A DNA stretch of 64,000 nucleotides from an uncultured delta proteobacterium (GTDB lineage: Bacteria; Desulfobacterota; Binatia; UBA9968). The position numbers and the translations under genes were made by a program. Under the pieces are notes generated by a model. The model was not told the DNA's origin. It was given only the letters and a program-made list of their open reading frames with translations, and made no database searches. The DNA is taken from positions 160,001 to 224,000 of the forward strand of contig CAWFJP010000001.1 of NCBI GenBank assembly GCA_963816145.1, read 5' to 3'. Shown here one piece after another: positions 9,824 through 19,523 of the stretch (its first letter is position 1; every line of letters starts with the position of its first letter).

Positions 9824-11050
9824 TTACGCGCTGGCGCGCACCGCGGGCTTTTCAACTACAGGCTGCGGCCCGACTTTGATCGGTCCCGGATCGTACAGCG
9901 GTTGTTTGATCTGAGATTTATCCACATCAAGCTTGTAAAGCCCGATGGCGTTGTCCATCAGAATCTTCTTGCGCTCATCCACCGACACCACGTCCTGAAG
10001 CGAGTGAGTCCGGCACCAGACCGACTTGGGCCAGGTGGTGGTGCCGTGCGGGTAGTCGGTGGAGTACATAATCTTGTCGGCACCGATCTCATCGCGGCTT
10101 TTGATCCCATGGCGCTCGTGCCAGAAGGTGGCCCACATGTTGGTGCGGAAAACTTCGCTCGGCTTCTTGGTGAGCGTGGTGCTTTTCGCCACCCTGCGCT
10201 CGTCAAACTCATGGTCGAGCTCTTCGAGTAAGTATGGCAGCCAGCCGACACCGCTCTCGACACTGATTGCCTTCAACTTGGGGAACTTTTCAAATACGCC
10301 GGAATACAAAATGTTCGACACGATCTCCATATGACTGACAAAGGTCATGGAAACCTGCAGGGCGGACCTGGCGCCTTGCTCGAGCGAGCCCCAGGCCGGC
10401 AAGGCTGGCAAGGCGGTCGAGTGCAAACACAGCGGCACATCCAGGTCGCCGCATGCCTGGAAGACAGGATTCCAATAGGAATCGTTGAAATGTTTCAACC
10501 CGAGAACATGCGGCGCGCCGTGCCAGGCCAACGCTTTGTGGCCGCGCTTCACCGCGCGCTGGATCTCGGCAACGCACAACTTCACGTCCCACATCGGGGT
10601 TACGCACTGCGCGATGAACCTGGGCGAGTAGTCTTGCCACTCTTCGATGAGCCAGTCGTTATAAGCTTGAATGCAAGCCAGACGGAATTCTTCACTGCCC
10701 TCTTTCTGGAAGTTCTGGTTGGTGATGCCGATGATGTTGGGGAAAAGCACCGAAGCGTCCACTTCCTCTTGGTCGAGAATTTTCACACGCTCGGCGGCAA
10801 CGTACGTGGACGGCGGCACTTCGTCCCAGGTTCGCACCTTTGGATTCACGCCGGCGATGCGCGCCAGACCGCCGAATCCTTGCGCGTTGCCGCCCAGAGC
10901 CCAGGTCTGGCTGCCGTCCGGCAATTCGACGATGTGCGGGATGTCATCGCCAAACTTGGCTTTGGACATCCGCTTGGTCCAAACATCGGGCGCTTCTTGG
11001 ACGTGATCATCAGCGGAGATGACACCATACTTCATCTTCAGGGTTGCCAT
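9824..11050 (-). CDS. Amidohydrolase family protein (amidohydro_2)
   Basis: ISADDHV, AYNDWL, LCLH, VESGVGW, YSTDYPH. Confidence 0.9.
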   Translation of the reverse strand: MATLKMKYGVISADDHVQEAPDVWTKRMSKAKFGDDIPHIVELPDGSQTWALGGNAQGFGGLARIAGVNPKVRTWDEVPPSTYVAAERVKILDQEEVDASVLFPNIIGITNQNFQKEGSEEFRLACIQAYNDWLIEEWQDYSPRFIAQCVTPMWDVKLCVAEIQRAVKRGHKALAWHGAPHVLGLKHFNDSYWNPVFQACGDLDVPLCLHSTALPALPAWGSLEQGARSALQVSMTFVSHMEIVSNILYSGVFEKFPKLKAISVESGVGWLPYLLEELDHEFDERRVAKSTTLTKKPSEVFRTNMWATFWHERHGIKSRDEIGADKIMYSTDYPHGTTTWPKSVWCRTHSLQDVVSVDERKKILMDNAIGLYKLDVDKSQIKQPLYDPGPIKVGPQPVVEKPAVRASA

Positions 11051-11322
11051 TGAATCTCCTTAGAGAATAGTTGAACCCGATTAGTCAGACATTCCCGTGT
11101 CAGCCGAAAAGGCGCCGTCGAACCCTGCGGGAGAATAAATTGCACTGTCATGAGCCGTCGCACCGCGAAAGCGAAATATCCGATTTCAATCTGTTCCGGC
11201 CCATACCGGCAAACGAATCCGAACTTACTCTCGCCCATGAAGGCTGTCAATTGTTACCGGAGCGATCAGAAGTTTGCACACTTCGCTGGCAGACGCGGCG
11301 ATGAATTAGGATCGCGGCGCTG

Positions 11323-12105
11323 CTAGGAACTGCCGATGGTGCCGCCGTTGACCACTAGGGTTTGCCCGGTAGTGAAACGCGCCATGGGCGAAGCGAGGAA
11401 CAGAGCCGTCTGAGCAATATCCGCTGGCTCACCTCTGAACCCCAATGGGTTGGAACCGACCAACGTTTGATTGGCAGAAAGATCAACCTGGGCTGCAGAG
11501 GTGGGACTTCCAGTGTTGATGCCGCCCGGCGCGATGGCATTGATTCTGATCCCCAAAGGCCCGAGTTCAAAAGCCAGCACTCTTGTCATTTGAATAATCG
11601 CCGCCTTGGACGCCGCGTAGTGGACGCCTTGCCCGCGGCTGTAAAAAAGCCCGGCGTGGGACGCGATGTTGATGATGCAGCCGGTTCGCTGCACCATCAT
11701 CAGACGCGCCGCCCGCTGGGTGCACATGAAAGTGCCCTTCAGATTGACCGCAAGCACCTTGTCCCATTCGCCATCGGCGATCTCCAGGAAAGGCTTTCTA
11801 AACCATATGCCGGTGTTGTTGACCAGGATGTCGACGCCGGCGAATTTTTCCTGCACGGTCGCGAACAACCGGTCCACGTCCGCGGGCGAGGCAACATCAG
11901 TTTTAACCGCCAAAGCCTTTCTACCGATGTGCTGCACACTCTCGGCGATCTTCCGGGCGTTATCTTGGTTGATGTCGGCGATGACGAGATCAGCGCCGGC
12001 CCTGGCAAACGTTTCGGCAATCGCGGCGCCGATGCCGCGGCCAGCCCCGGTCACGATGGCGAGCTTACCGCTCAGATCGATGACAGCTTCTGACTTTGAC
12101 TCCAC
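11323..12105 (-). CDS. Short-chain dehydrogenase/reductase
   Basis: TGAGRGIG, LVNN, YAASK, NAIAPG. Confidence 0.92.
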   Translation of the reverse strand: MESKSEAVIDLSGKLAIVTGAGRGIGAAIAETFARAGADLVIADINQDNARKIAESVQHIGRKALAVKTDVASPADVDRLFATVQEKFAGVDILVNNTGIWFRKPFLEIADGEWDKVLAVNLKGTFMCTQRAARLMMVQRTGCIINIASHAGLFYSRGQGVHYAASKAAIIQMTRVLAFELGPLGIRINAIAPGGINTGSPTSAAQVDLSANQTLVGSNPLGFRGEPADIAQTALFLASPMARFTTGQTLVVNGGTIGSS

Positions 12106-12142
12106 GGCTCTTTCCTTCGGGATGCCACACAGTTGTTCTCAC

Positions 12143-12388
12143 TCAAGATGGTGCTTTAGCAAATTCATTCTGATTCGCCAACTCACGCGCAATGGCTTTC
12201 GCGAACTCATCAGCACCCGGACGCTCCGTCTGCTGCGAGTCGGCGAGCTCTCGGATGATCTCGCCTTGCCGCACGCTCGTCACTTGACCGTAGTTGCAAA
12301 AGGTCGTGAGCACTTGTACGTGACCGAGGTTCTGACTCGACGCTTTGAACTGCTCTGGCGTCTGGCATACTTTCTCGCCTAATTGAAC
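12143..12388 (-). pseudogene. C-terminal relic of a tyrosine recombinase/integrase
   Basis: Manual translation VQLGEKVCQTPEQFKASSQNLGHVQVLTTFCNYGQV..RQGEII (LGH...TT..Y box); no start codon. Confidence 0.7.
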
Positions 12389-12711
12389 TGGCAGTTTGCT
12401 GAAAAACTTGATTGGAAATGGTTTTTCATCGTGGTGATGTGATCAAAGGATCGACTTGTGGAAGCCCTATTTATCTCACGTCAAGGCTGGCGTGGTTTTG
12501 TCGGTTGATCACTGCCCTCAATAGTGGCGACTTGAAAACCCAAATAGATGTTCCGTGGTTTAGACCCCGAAATTGTCGAAGTGCGGCTAGTTTAGTTAAT
12601 TTTAAAGAAAGGAGTGCCGTTCAGGTTGCGACCGGCAAAGGCGAGGCCCATTGCCTGCGACCGGAGATTCTTACTCCTAGGTTGTCTTCCCGGTGAATAA
12701 TCCGGGCTTGG

Positions 12712-13140
12712 CTACTTTGCCCAGGATACTCGATTGGGCTTACGGAGAAGAGCAGGCAGCTCCTTTTGCTGTGGCATGTCGAGCGCAGAAAAGATGTGCG
12801 AGATGCTCTTTTCGAATAACGGGATTGTAGTCTTATTTATCTTGTCGCCCTTTCCCGTCAGCACCACGTGAACCACGCGGCGATCATTCTCGTCTCGTTT
12901 ACGCGATACGAGTTTTTTCTCTTCCAACCGGTCAACGATGCCTGTCAGGTTGCTCACCGTGACCATCATCTTCGCGCCGATTTCTCCGAAGGGAAGCCCG
13001 CCGGCATAACCGATGGTCGCCAGTACGTAAAACCGAGGCGACGTGAGACCCAGTTTCTCGAGATCCTCCTCGAGCTTGTTGTGCGAGAGGAGGCTAAAAC
13101 GCAGAAACCGGACCCACACGCTCGTCGTGTACGATATAAG
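12712..13140 (-). CDS. MarR family regulator (start uncertain, possibly degenerate)
   Basis: LGLTSPRFYVL, VSNLTGIVDRLE, DENDRRVVHVVLT. Confidence 0.7.
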   Translation of the reverse strand, partial: LISYTTSVWVRFLRFSLLSHNKLEEDLEKLGLTSPRFYVLATIGYAGGLPFGEIGAKMMVTVSNLTGIVDRLEEKKLVSRKRDENDRRVVHVVLTGKGDKINKTTIPLFEKSISHIFSALDMPQQKELPALLRKPNRVSWAK

Positions 13141-13286
13141 AAAGGACGTTTGAAAACGACCACGCGCATCACTGTATTCGCAGGGGAAATAAAACGCAAA
13201 TCGTGTTTTCTTTTTCGAAAGTAGCGATCTTTGTCCACTAAGAAGGCGCTGCCCTCGCGTAGCCGGTCCCATAAATTTTTAATGAT

Positions 13287-13330
13287 TGGAGCGGGCGATG
13301 GGGATCGAACCCACGAGGTCGAGCTTGGCA
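13287..13330 (-). tRNA. 3' half of tRNA-Gly(GCC) (pseudo-tRNA / att-site remnant)
   Basis: Minus strand TGCCAAGCTCGACCTCGTGGGTTCGATCCCCATCGCCCGCTCCA = anticodon GCC, T-arm GTTCGA, Gly-type acceptor and CCA; no 5' half. Confidence 0.75.
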
Positions 13331-13741
13331 ATTTTGTCATAAAATGAACGTTTTTGATTGACTAACCTTATCTTATAGCACTATAAGATGATGGAATCCT
13401 TAGTGTTTGGCGACTATTGATTTAGCTTCGATTCGCTAAAGCTAAAGATAGTTGGTCACCCCGACCACTACCAGCTAATGGACTCTCATCACGCAAACGG
13501 TAAAGGAACGATGGAAGCTGATCCGGTACAGAGCCACGAAACTTGCTCATCGATGCCGAGCTTGGTTGGCTTTTATGGGGTCCCGGCATTTCGGATAACG
13601 AATACCTGCTATCGGTTTCCATCATAACCCTGATCGATCGCAAACACTCGATATTATGGAGAAATTGTTCGTAGAGCTTTATTTTTTCGGTGAGGACTAA
13701 CTAATGTTGCGCGCTTTAAGTTCGAACCGACGGAGGTAGCA

Positions 13742-15589
13742 TTGCGCACAAGTGGTGAACACAGAACTGAATTGGAACCTACCCCCACTGAGAACACCGT
13801 GGCTTTTCGGGCGGCTGATTTTTCCACGCTATGCGAGGCCCTGGATTACTCAGCCCTGGGACAGACCGGGTGCAATTTCTACGGGAGTCGGGGCGAGTTG
13901 TGCGCCGTTCTGTCATATGCGGATCTTCGAGAGCAGGCACTATCCTTGGCGCGAAAGCTTTTGAGCTTGAGACTCGACCGGGGCGCTCGAGTAGCAATCA
14001 TTGCCGAGACCGATCCAAATTTTCACCGCATATTTTTCGCTTGCCAGTACGCCGGTCTCGTGCCAGTGCCGGTTTCGGCATCGACGTTCATGAGTGGCCG
14101 AGAGGCTTACGTCGCACAACTCAGGGCGCTTCTGCGCGATTGCCGAGCGTCCGTCGCGATGGCGCCGTCTGAGTTCTATCCCTTTTTGGCCGAGGCCGCC
14201 GAGGAGTCAAATATTGCCCATGTCGGCACACTGGAATCCTTCGAGCGACTGCCTGAGTCTCAAGAGAGTCTGCGCCCCTCGGAGCCGGATGAGGTCGCCT
14301 ATCTTCAATATACTTCCGGAAGCACGCGATTTCCCCGCGGAGTAATTATTACCCAAAAGGCGGTCCTCGCCAATCTGAATGAAATCATAATTCATGGCCT
14401 CAAGCTCCGCCCCGGTGACCGCGCCTTCTCCTGGCTGCCCTTTTATCACGACATGGGGCTGGTGGGATTCGTGCTCGGGCCGATGGTGTCGCAGATCTCC
14501 GTGGATTATTTAAAAACCTGGATGTTTGCCATGCGACCACTGTTGTGGTTGTCCTTGATGACACGCACCAAAGCCACCATTTCGTTTAGCCCGTCTTTCG
14601 GTTATCAACTGTGCGTGAAGCGTCTCAGGGGGGATGTCGCCAGCACTTTCGATCTCGGCGCGTGGCGGGTCGCCGGAGTAGGCGCCGAAACGATCCGGTC
14701 AGCTGCCTTGGCGGAGTTTGCCGAAGTTCTGCAACCAAGCGGATTTAAGGCGAGCGCATTTATGCCCTGCTACGGAATGGCAGAGGCCGCCCTCGCCGTA
14801 AGTTTCACACCCGTCGACCAAGGTATCACCGTTGATCGAGTTGACCCGGCTGCGTTATCCGAGCGTGGAATGGCTTTGGCCGTGAATGGGCGTGACCCAG
14901 GCTCCGAACGGGTGATATCAAATACAAGACCGTTTGTAATTTGCGGCGTCCCTCTGCCGGGAACTCAAGTCGAAATTCGTGACGAGCAAGGCAGAGTTCT
15001 GCCGGATCGCCATGCCGGTGTTATTTTTTTGCGCGGCGCAAACATGATGTCCGGGTACTTCGACAATCTCGAGAGAACTCGTGAGGTCTTGTCCTCGGAC
15101 GGATGGTTTGACACCCAAGACATTGGCTATCTCGCCGAAGGTCGGGTTGTGATCATTGGCCGCAAGAAAGATGTCATCATTATCAATGGCCGAAAAATCT
15201 GGGCTCAAGATTTGGAGCATCTCGCTGAGGAATTGCCCGAGGTGAGAACGGGCGACGCATGCGCGTTTTCGCTACTGAACCCTAATGGGATTGAAATGGC
15301 GGCGATGGTTGTGCAGTGGCGCGAGGGGAATTCGACCAGGGAAGGAGAGTTTGCCCATCGCTTGCAGGGGCTGATCGGCGAGCGCTTCGGGATAGACTGT
15401 TTCATTGAGATTGTTCCGCCGCACACCCTGCCGCGTACGTCCTCCGGAAAGCTTTCCCGTTCGAAGGCACGGGAAGAATTTCTGAGCCGGCATGATCCGG
15501 CTATTCTGCAACGAAAATGGGTCAGGCGAAGCGCGTCCACCGAGGCTCGGCAGGAAGAATCAAATCCATGCGCGGCGTCGTCGCGTTGA
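13742..15589 (+). CDS. Fatty acyl-AMP ligase / acyl-ACP synthetase
   Basis: YLQYTSGSTRFPRGV, SWLPFYHDMGL, CYGMAE, RTSSGK. Confidence 0.9.
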   Translation: MRTSGEHRTELEPTPTENTVAFRAADFSTLCEALDYSALGQTGCNFYGSRGELCAVLSYADLREQALSLARKLLSLRLDRGARVAIIAETDPNFHRIFFACQYAGLVPVPVSASTFMSGREAYVAQLRALLRDCRASVAMAPSEFYPFLAEAAEESNIAHVGTLESFERLPESQESLRPSEPDEVAYLQYTSGSTRFPRGVIITQKAVLANLNEIIIHGLKLRPGDRAFSWLPFYHDMGLVGFVLGPMVSQISVDYLKTWMFAMRPLLWLSLMTRTKATISFSPSFGYQLCVKRLRGDVASTFDLGAWRVAGVGAETIRSAALAEFAEVLQPSGFKASAFMPCYGMAEAALAVSFTPVDQGITVDRVDPAALSERGMALAVNGRDPGSERVISNTRPFVICGVPLPGTQVEIRDEQGRVLPDRHAGVIFLRGANMMSGYFDNLERTREVLSSDGWFDTQDIGYLAEGRVVIIGRKKDVIIINGRKIWAQDLEHLAEELPEVRTGDACAFSLLNPNGIEMAAMVVQWREGNSTREGEFAHRLQGLIGERFGIDCFIEIVPPHTLPRTSSGKLSRSKAREEFLSRHDPAILQRKWVRRSASTEARQEESNPCAASSR

Positions 15590-16527
15590 CGGGAGCGACC
15601 GGATTCATCGGTAGCGCGATAGCTCGAAAACTCGTAAACGAAGGGTGGCGCGTCCGCGCGCTCATCCGCGCGCCATCGCGGCGAGCACGCCTCGAGGGAA
15701 TCTCGATTCAGTGGGTTCACGGCACACTCGAAAATTTTGAGCACCTCGATAGCCTGGTGGGCGATGCGGATGCCGTGGTCCACTGCGCAGGGGCGCTGCG
15801 CGGTATCACCGACGCCGATTTTTATTCTGTGAATGTTGAGGCGGTGTCACGGCTGGCGCAAATTGCCACGCTCAGGAGCCCCGCTCCCCGGTTCCTTTTA
15901 ATTTCATCTTTGGCAGCTCGGGAACCAAATTTGTCGGCCTACGCGGCCAGCAAGCGGATGGGAGAGATCGCCCTATCCCAAATGGCCGGCGGTTTCGCGT
16001 GGACCGTGCTTCGCCCGCCAGCTGTCTATGGCCCCGGCGACCGTGCACTGCTTCCCCTGTTCCGCCTTATGCGGCGCGGGATCGCTCCGTTGCTAGGCCG
16101 AACTGACGCCAGATTCTCTCTGCTCTATGTCGAAGATCTGGCGGAGGCGGTGCTAAAATGGCTGGTCAGCGAGAGCCGAGAGAGCCGCGTGTTCGAGTTG
16201 GATGACGGACACCCAAGGGGATATAGCTGGAGTGAGGTTGCGGAAACGTTCGAGCGGCTTCGCGGAAAACCGGCGTTTCGTTTCCACTTGTCCGAGCTGC
16301 CCATGAATGTCGCCGCGAAGCTTAATCAAATCGCCGCATCGGTTATAGGATACGCGCCAATGTTTACCGAGGGGAAAGTGCGGGAGATTAGGCATCCCGA
16401 CTGGGTGTGTGACAACTCCATGTTTTGCCAGGCGGCCAATTGGAAGCCCACGATGTGTCTGGAAGAAGGGCTGCGGGCGACTCTTAGCCTCACGGCAAGT
16501 GGTGTCAGTGGCCTGGGGCAGGGTTAG
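15568..16527 (+). CDS. NAD-dependent epimerase/dehydratase, CerR-like ceramide reductase candidate
   Basis: TGATGFIG, ISSLAAREP, YAASK, RPPAVYGPGD; context next to ligase, ACP and SPT. Confidence 0.8.
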   Translation: MRGVVALTGATGFIGSAIARKLVNEGWRVRALIRAPSRRARLEGISIQWVHGTLENFEHLDSLVGDADAVVHCAGALRGITDADFYSVNVEAVSRLAQIATLRSPAPRFLLISSLAAREPNLSAYAASKRMGEIALSQMAGGFAWTVLRPPAVYGPGDRALLPLFRLMRRGIAPLLGRTDARFSLLYVEDLAEAVLKWLVSESRESRVFELDDGHPRGYSWSEVAETFERLRGKPAFRFHLSELPMNVAAKLNQIAASVIGYAPMFTEGKVREIRHPDWVCDNSMFCQAANWKPTMCLEEGLRATLSLTASGVSGLGQG

Positions 16528-16649
16528 ACATCTGCCCCCGATTGGGGTATGAGGCTTTTAAACAACCTGGCTGTAGGAGGGATCGAAGGTCAACTCTTTT
16601 AGCGGAGGATCTCGTGCAGGCGGGGCCAGCGACTCTTGCCCGAGAGGCA

Positions 16650-16842
16650 AGAATCGCTGCACGCAGTGACGCCACCCACGCCCTCTGCGCATCCACGCAG
16701 GCTCGTGAACATCATCGGAGAAGTCGACAAGTCATTTCCAAAGGGGATTTTTCCCAGACCGCACAAGAAAGACCGCGACTATTACTGGAAAAAAGCGACC
16801 TCGCTGGCAAATAAGCTGCGGGCCTTTGACAAGAGCGGATGA
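16650..16842 (+). pseudogene. C-terminal relic, probably of a 2OG-Fe(II) oxygenase
   Basis: ESLHAVTPPTPSAHPRRLVNIIGEV; stop overlaps next start (ATGA). Confidence 0.45.
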
Positions 16843-17807
16843 CGCCTGTGCAGCAGCCTGAGAGCCCCTGGAACTGGTTGCGACGCAAACTCTACTGCGC
16901 CCGCTTACGCAACAACATGCGCCACATGCGGAAGGCGCATCCGGACTTCCGGCTCGCCGGCGCACATGGGGTACTAAACACCGTCTATTGGCGCGGTAAG
17001 CCGGTTGGCCGTATTCTCCCACTCGAACGCCTCACTCGGGCAACCGCGCCAGACTGCTTCATCGTCGCTACGGGCCCGTCGATCAATCAGATCGACTTCT
17101 CCCACCTGCAAGGGCGTACCTGCATTGGCGTCAATGGCAGCATCCTCAAAAGCGAGGAATACTCGCTGCCCTTCCGCTCGCACGTGATCGCCGACCGCCA
17201 ATTCTTCAAGGACCGCTTCGAACTGGTGCGCAAGGCACTGATGTCCGGTGCGGAGTGTCTGTTCTCGTTTCGCGGTCTGAGCGTCATCTGCGAACGCCAG
17301 CCTGAGCTGTTGCGCGACGCCCGGGTCTTCCTGCTGGACGAGATCACGGCGCGCTTTGGCCAGCCGAAGCTGAGTGCGGTCAATTTCGATGCGGCGGCGG
17401 ATCGCGATCCCGACCTCGTTTTGCACCCCTCGGCGCGGCCCTCTAAGGGTTGGGTAGGATTCAGCCGGGATATCCGCAAAGGGGTGTTTACAGGTCAGAC
17501 TATCGCCTTTTCCGCCGTACAGGTCGCCGTCTGGCTCGGCTACACACGGATATTTATCCTCGGCATGGATCTCGGCGGAACCGGAGACAGGGCGCGCTTT
17601 TATGAGTCCGGAGAGAAGGCGGCACCGATACGACTCGACCGTGACTATGTAAGCTATATCCAGCCGGCGTTCGAAGTCGCGAGCAAGCTGCGTGGCGCAC
17701 TCGGCATCCAGATCTACAATCTGTCGCCGGACAGTCGCCTTCCCGCCGCAATCATTCCAAAATTGTCTTTCGCGGACGCGCTGGAGATGATCCGACAGCC
17801 TGCCTGA
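16839..17807 (+). CDS. WaaZ/DUF115-like putative sugar transferase
   Basis: IVATGPS, CIGVN, AVWLGYTRIFILGMDL, IYNLSPDS. Confidence 0.6.
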   Translation: MTPVQQPESPWNWLRRKLYCARLRNNMRHMRKAHPDFRLAGAHGVLNTVYWRGKPVGRILPLERLTRATAPDCFIVATGPSINQIDFSHLQGRTCIGVNGSILKSEEYSLPFRSHVIADRQFFKDRFELVRKALMSGAECLFSFRGLSVICERQPELLRDARVFLLDEITARFGQPKLSAVNFDAAADRDPDLVLHPSARPSKGWVGFSRDIRKGVFTGQTIAFSAVQVAVWLGYTRIFILGMDLGGTGDRARFYESGEKAAPIRLDRDYVSYIQPAFEVASKLRGALGIQIYNLSPDSRLPAAIIPKLSFADALEMIRQPA

Positions 17808-17991
17808 GCTCTTTCGCCCGCATGTAGATTCGGGTCTTATGTCGATTTCAGCGCGGGGTTCCAGGCGTGGCCGGCAAGCTTTACAAGACAACCGCGTCCG
17901 TGATAGAAAAGAATCCGGTGGTGGCGCCGGGGAAAATGCGGCAACTTAAGTTCCCGCGGATAAACGGATCACCTTCGCGGCCTCCCACACG

Positions 17992-18240
17992 ATGAGCCAC
18001 TACGAGTCGATACTTTCCCAACTCTATGAAATTTTAGGGCCGTATACGCCGGACGGGCAGAGCCTTTCCGAGAACACGGAATTCATATCCGATCTAGGCC
18101 TCGATTCGATGAAGGTCATGCAGCTCCTGCTCGATACCGAAGAACGGTTCGACATTTCCATTCCCCTGAATATCATCCCGGACGTGCGGACCGTCGGGCA
18201 TTTCGCCCGCTGTCTCCAGCAACTCGTTGACCGAGGGTAA
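17992..18240 (+). CDS. Acyl carrier protein
   Basis: 82 aa, acidic, DLGLDSM phosphopantetheine motif; coupled to SPT start. Confidence 0.92.
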   Translation: MSHYESILSQLYEILGPYTPDGQSLSENTEFISDLGLDSMKVMQLLLDTEERFDISIPLNIIPDVRTVGHFARCLQQLVDRG

Positions 18241-19421
18241 TGGCCCTCCTTGACAAATTCCAGCAAATTGCCGGCGCCCGCGCGGCGCTGGCGCAATTGG
18301 GCGAGGACCCTTTCCGGGCGACGATTGAACGGATCCTGTCGCCAACCGAGGCCATTGTAAACGGCCGTCCAATGATCCTCGCGGGAACGAACAACTATCT
18401 TGGTCTCACCTTAGATGCTCAGTGCGTAGAAGCGGCGGTCCGAGCCGTGCGAGAAGAAGGAACGGGAACTACCGGATCGAGGATGGCTAACGGCAGCTAT
18501 GGCGGGCACGTTGCGTTGGAGAAGGATCTGGCGGACTTTTATGGGCGCCGGTGGTGTGTCGTGTTCTCAACCGGGTACGTTGCCAATCTGGGCGTTATTT
18601 CGGCGCTCACCGGGCCGGGAGATGTGATCCTTCTCGATGCCGATTGCCATGCAAGCATTTATGACGGCTGCCGGATGAGCGGGGCAGAAGTTATTCGGTT
18701 CCGTCACAACGATGTCGGGGATCTCGATAAGCGCCTGCGACGTTTTGGGGAGCGTCGTGCCGACACGCTGATCGTCGTGGAAGGCATCTATAGCACGCTG
18801 GGGGATCGAGCGGCGCTGGCGGAAATCGCGGCGGTAAAACAGGATCATGGCGCTTGTTTGCTTGTAGACGAAGCTCATTCGCTTGGAGTGCTGGGGGAGC
18901 GGGGCCGCGGACTTTCGGAGGAGAGTGATGTCGAAAGCAGCGTCGATTTTATCGTCGGCACGTTCAGCAAAAGCCTGGGAGCCACCGGCGGATTTTGCGT
19001 CTCGGATCACCCCGAGGCGGAGCTGATCCGATATGCAAGCCGCCCGTATATTTTCACCGCATCTCCCTCCCCGGCGGTGGTCGCTTCGACCAGAGCCGCT
19101 TTAAACAGGCTCCGAAACCAGCCTGAACTCCGTGTCCGGCTGTGGAACAATGCGCGGCGATTGTATCAGTCATTGCAGGAGATGGGATTCAGACTGGGTC
19201 CCGAGGTTAGTCCGATTGTCGCGGTCCGGTTCGCGCAGCGCGAAGAAGCGTTCGGCTTGTGGAACGCCCTTCTGGATCAAGGAGTATATGTCAACTTGAT
19301 TTTGCCGCCGGCGGCCCCCGACGGCGGCAGCTTGCTTCGTTGTAGCGCGACCGCGGCGCACACGCCGGACCAGATCGATCGAATCTGCAAAGCATTTGCT
19401 ACCGCCAGGGCATTATATTGA
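18240..19421 (+). CDS. spt: Serine palmitoyltransferase (AOS family, PLP-dependent)
   Basis: GTNNYLGL, GTTGSRMANG, HASIYDG, DEAHS, GTFSKSLG; ACP/CerR/bCerS context. Confidence 0.85.
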   Translation: MALLDKFQQIAGARAALAQLGEDPFRATIERILSPTEAIVNGRPMILAGTNNYLGLTLDAQCVEAAVRAVREEGTGTTGSRMANGSYGGHVALEKDLADFYGRRWCVVFSTGYVANLGVISALTGPGDVILLDADCHASIYDGCRMSGAEVIRFRHNDVGDLDKRLRRFGERRADTLIVVEGIYSTLGDRAALAEIAAVKQDHGACLLVDEAHSLGVLGERGRGLSEESDVESSVDFIVGTFSKSLGATGGFCVSDHPEAELIRYASRPYIFTASPSPAVVASTRAALNRLRNQPELRVRLWNNARRLYQSLQEMGFRLGPEVSPIVAVRFAQREEAFGLWNALLDQGVYVNLILPPAAPDGGSLLRCSATAAHTPDQIDRICKAFATARALY

Positions 19422-19523
19422 GCTGACTACCCAGTCGCCTTGGTCATGATAACTTACCGGACATCAGGGTTCCGATTCTTCGATGTTCTCTTCGAACGAC
19501 ACGCGGCAGGACATTAAAGAAGC

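Noticed and set aside
13287-13330. Functional tRNA, or a direct-repeat copy of the tmRNA 3' end
   Set aside because: The 5' half is missing; similarity to ssrA is only generic T-arm similarity and the acceptor is Gly-type
13742-18240. NRPS/PKS cluster suggested by ligase plus ACP
   Set aside because: No condensation or ketosynthase domains in the window
18240-19421. BioF or Kbl assignment
   Set aside because: No bio or tdh genes nearby; ACP coupling and CerR/bCerS-like neighbours favour SPT
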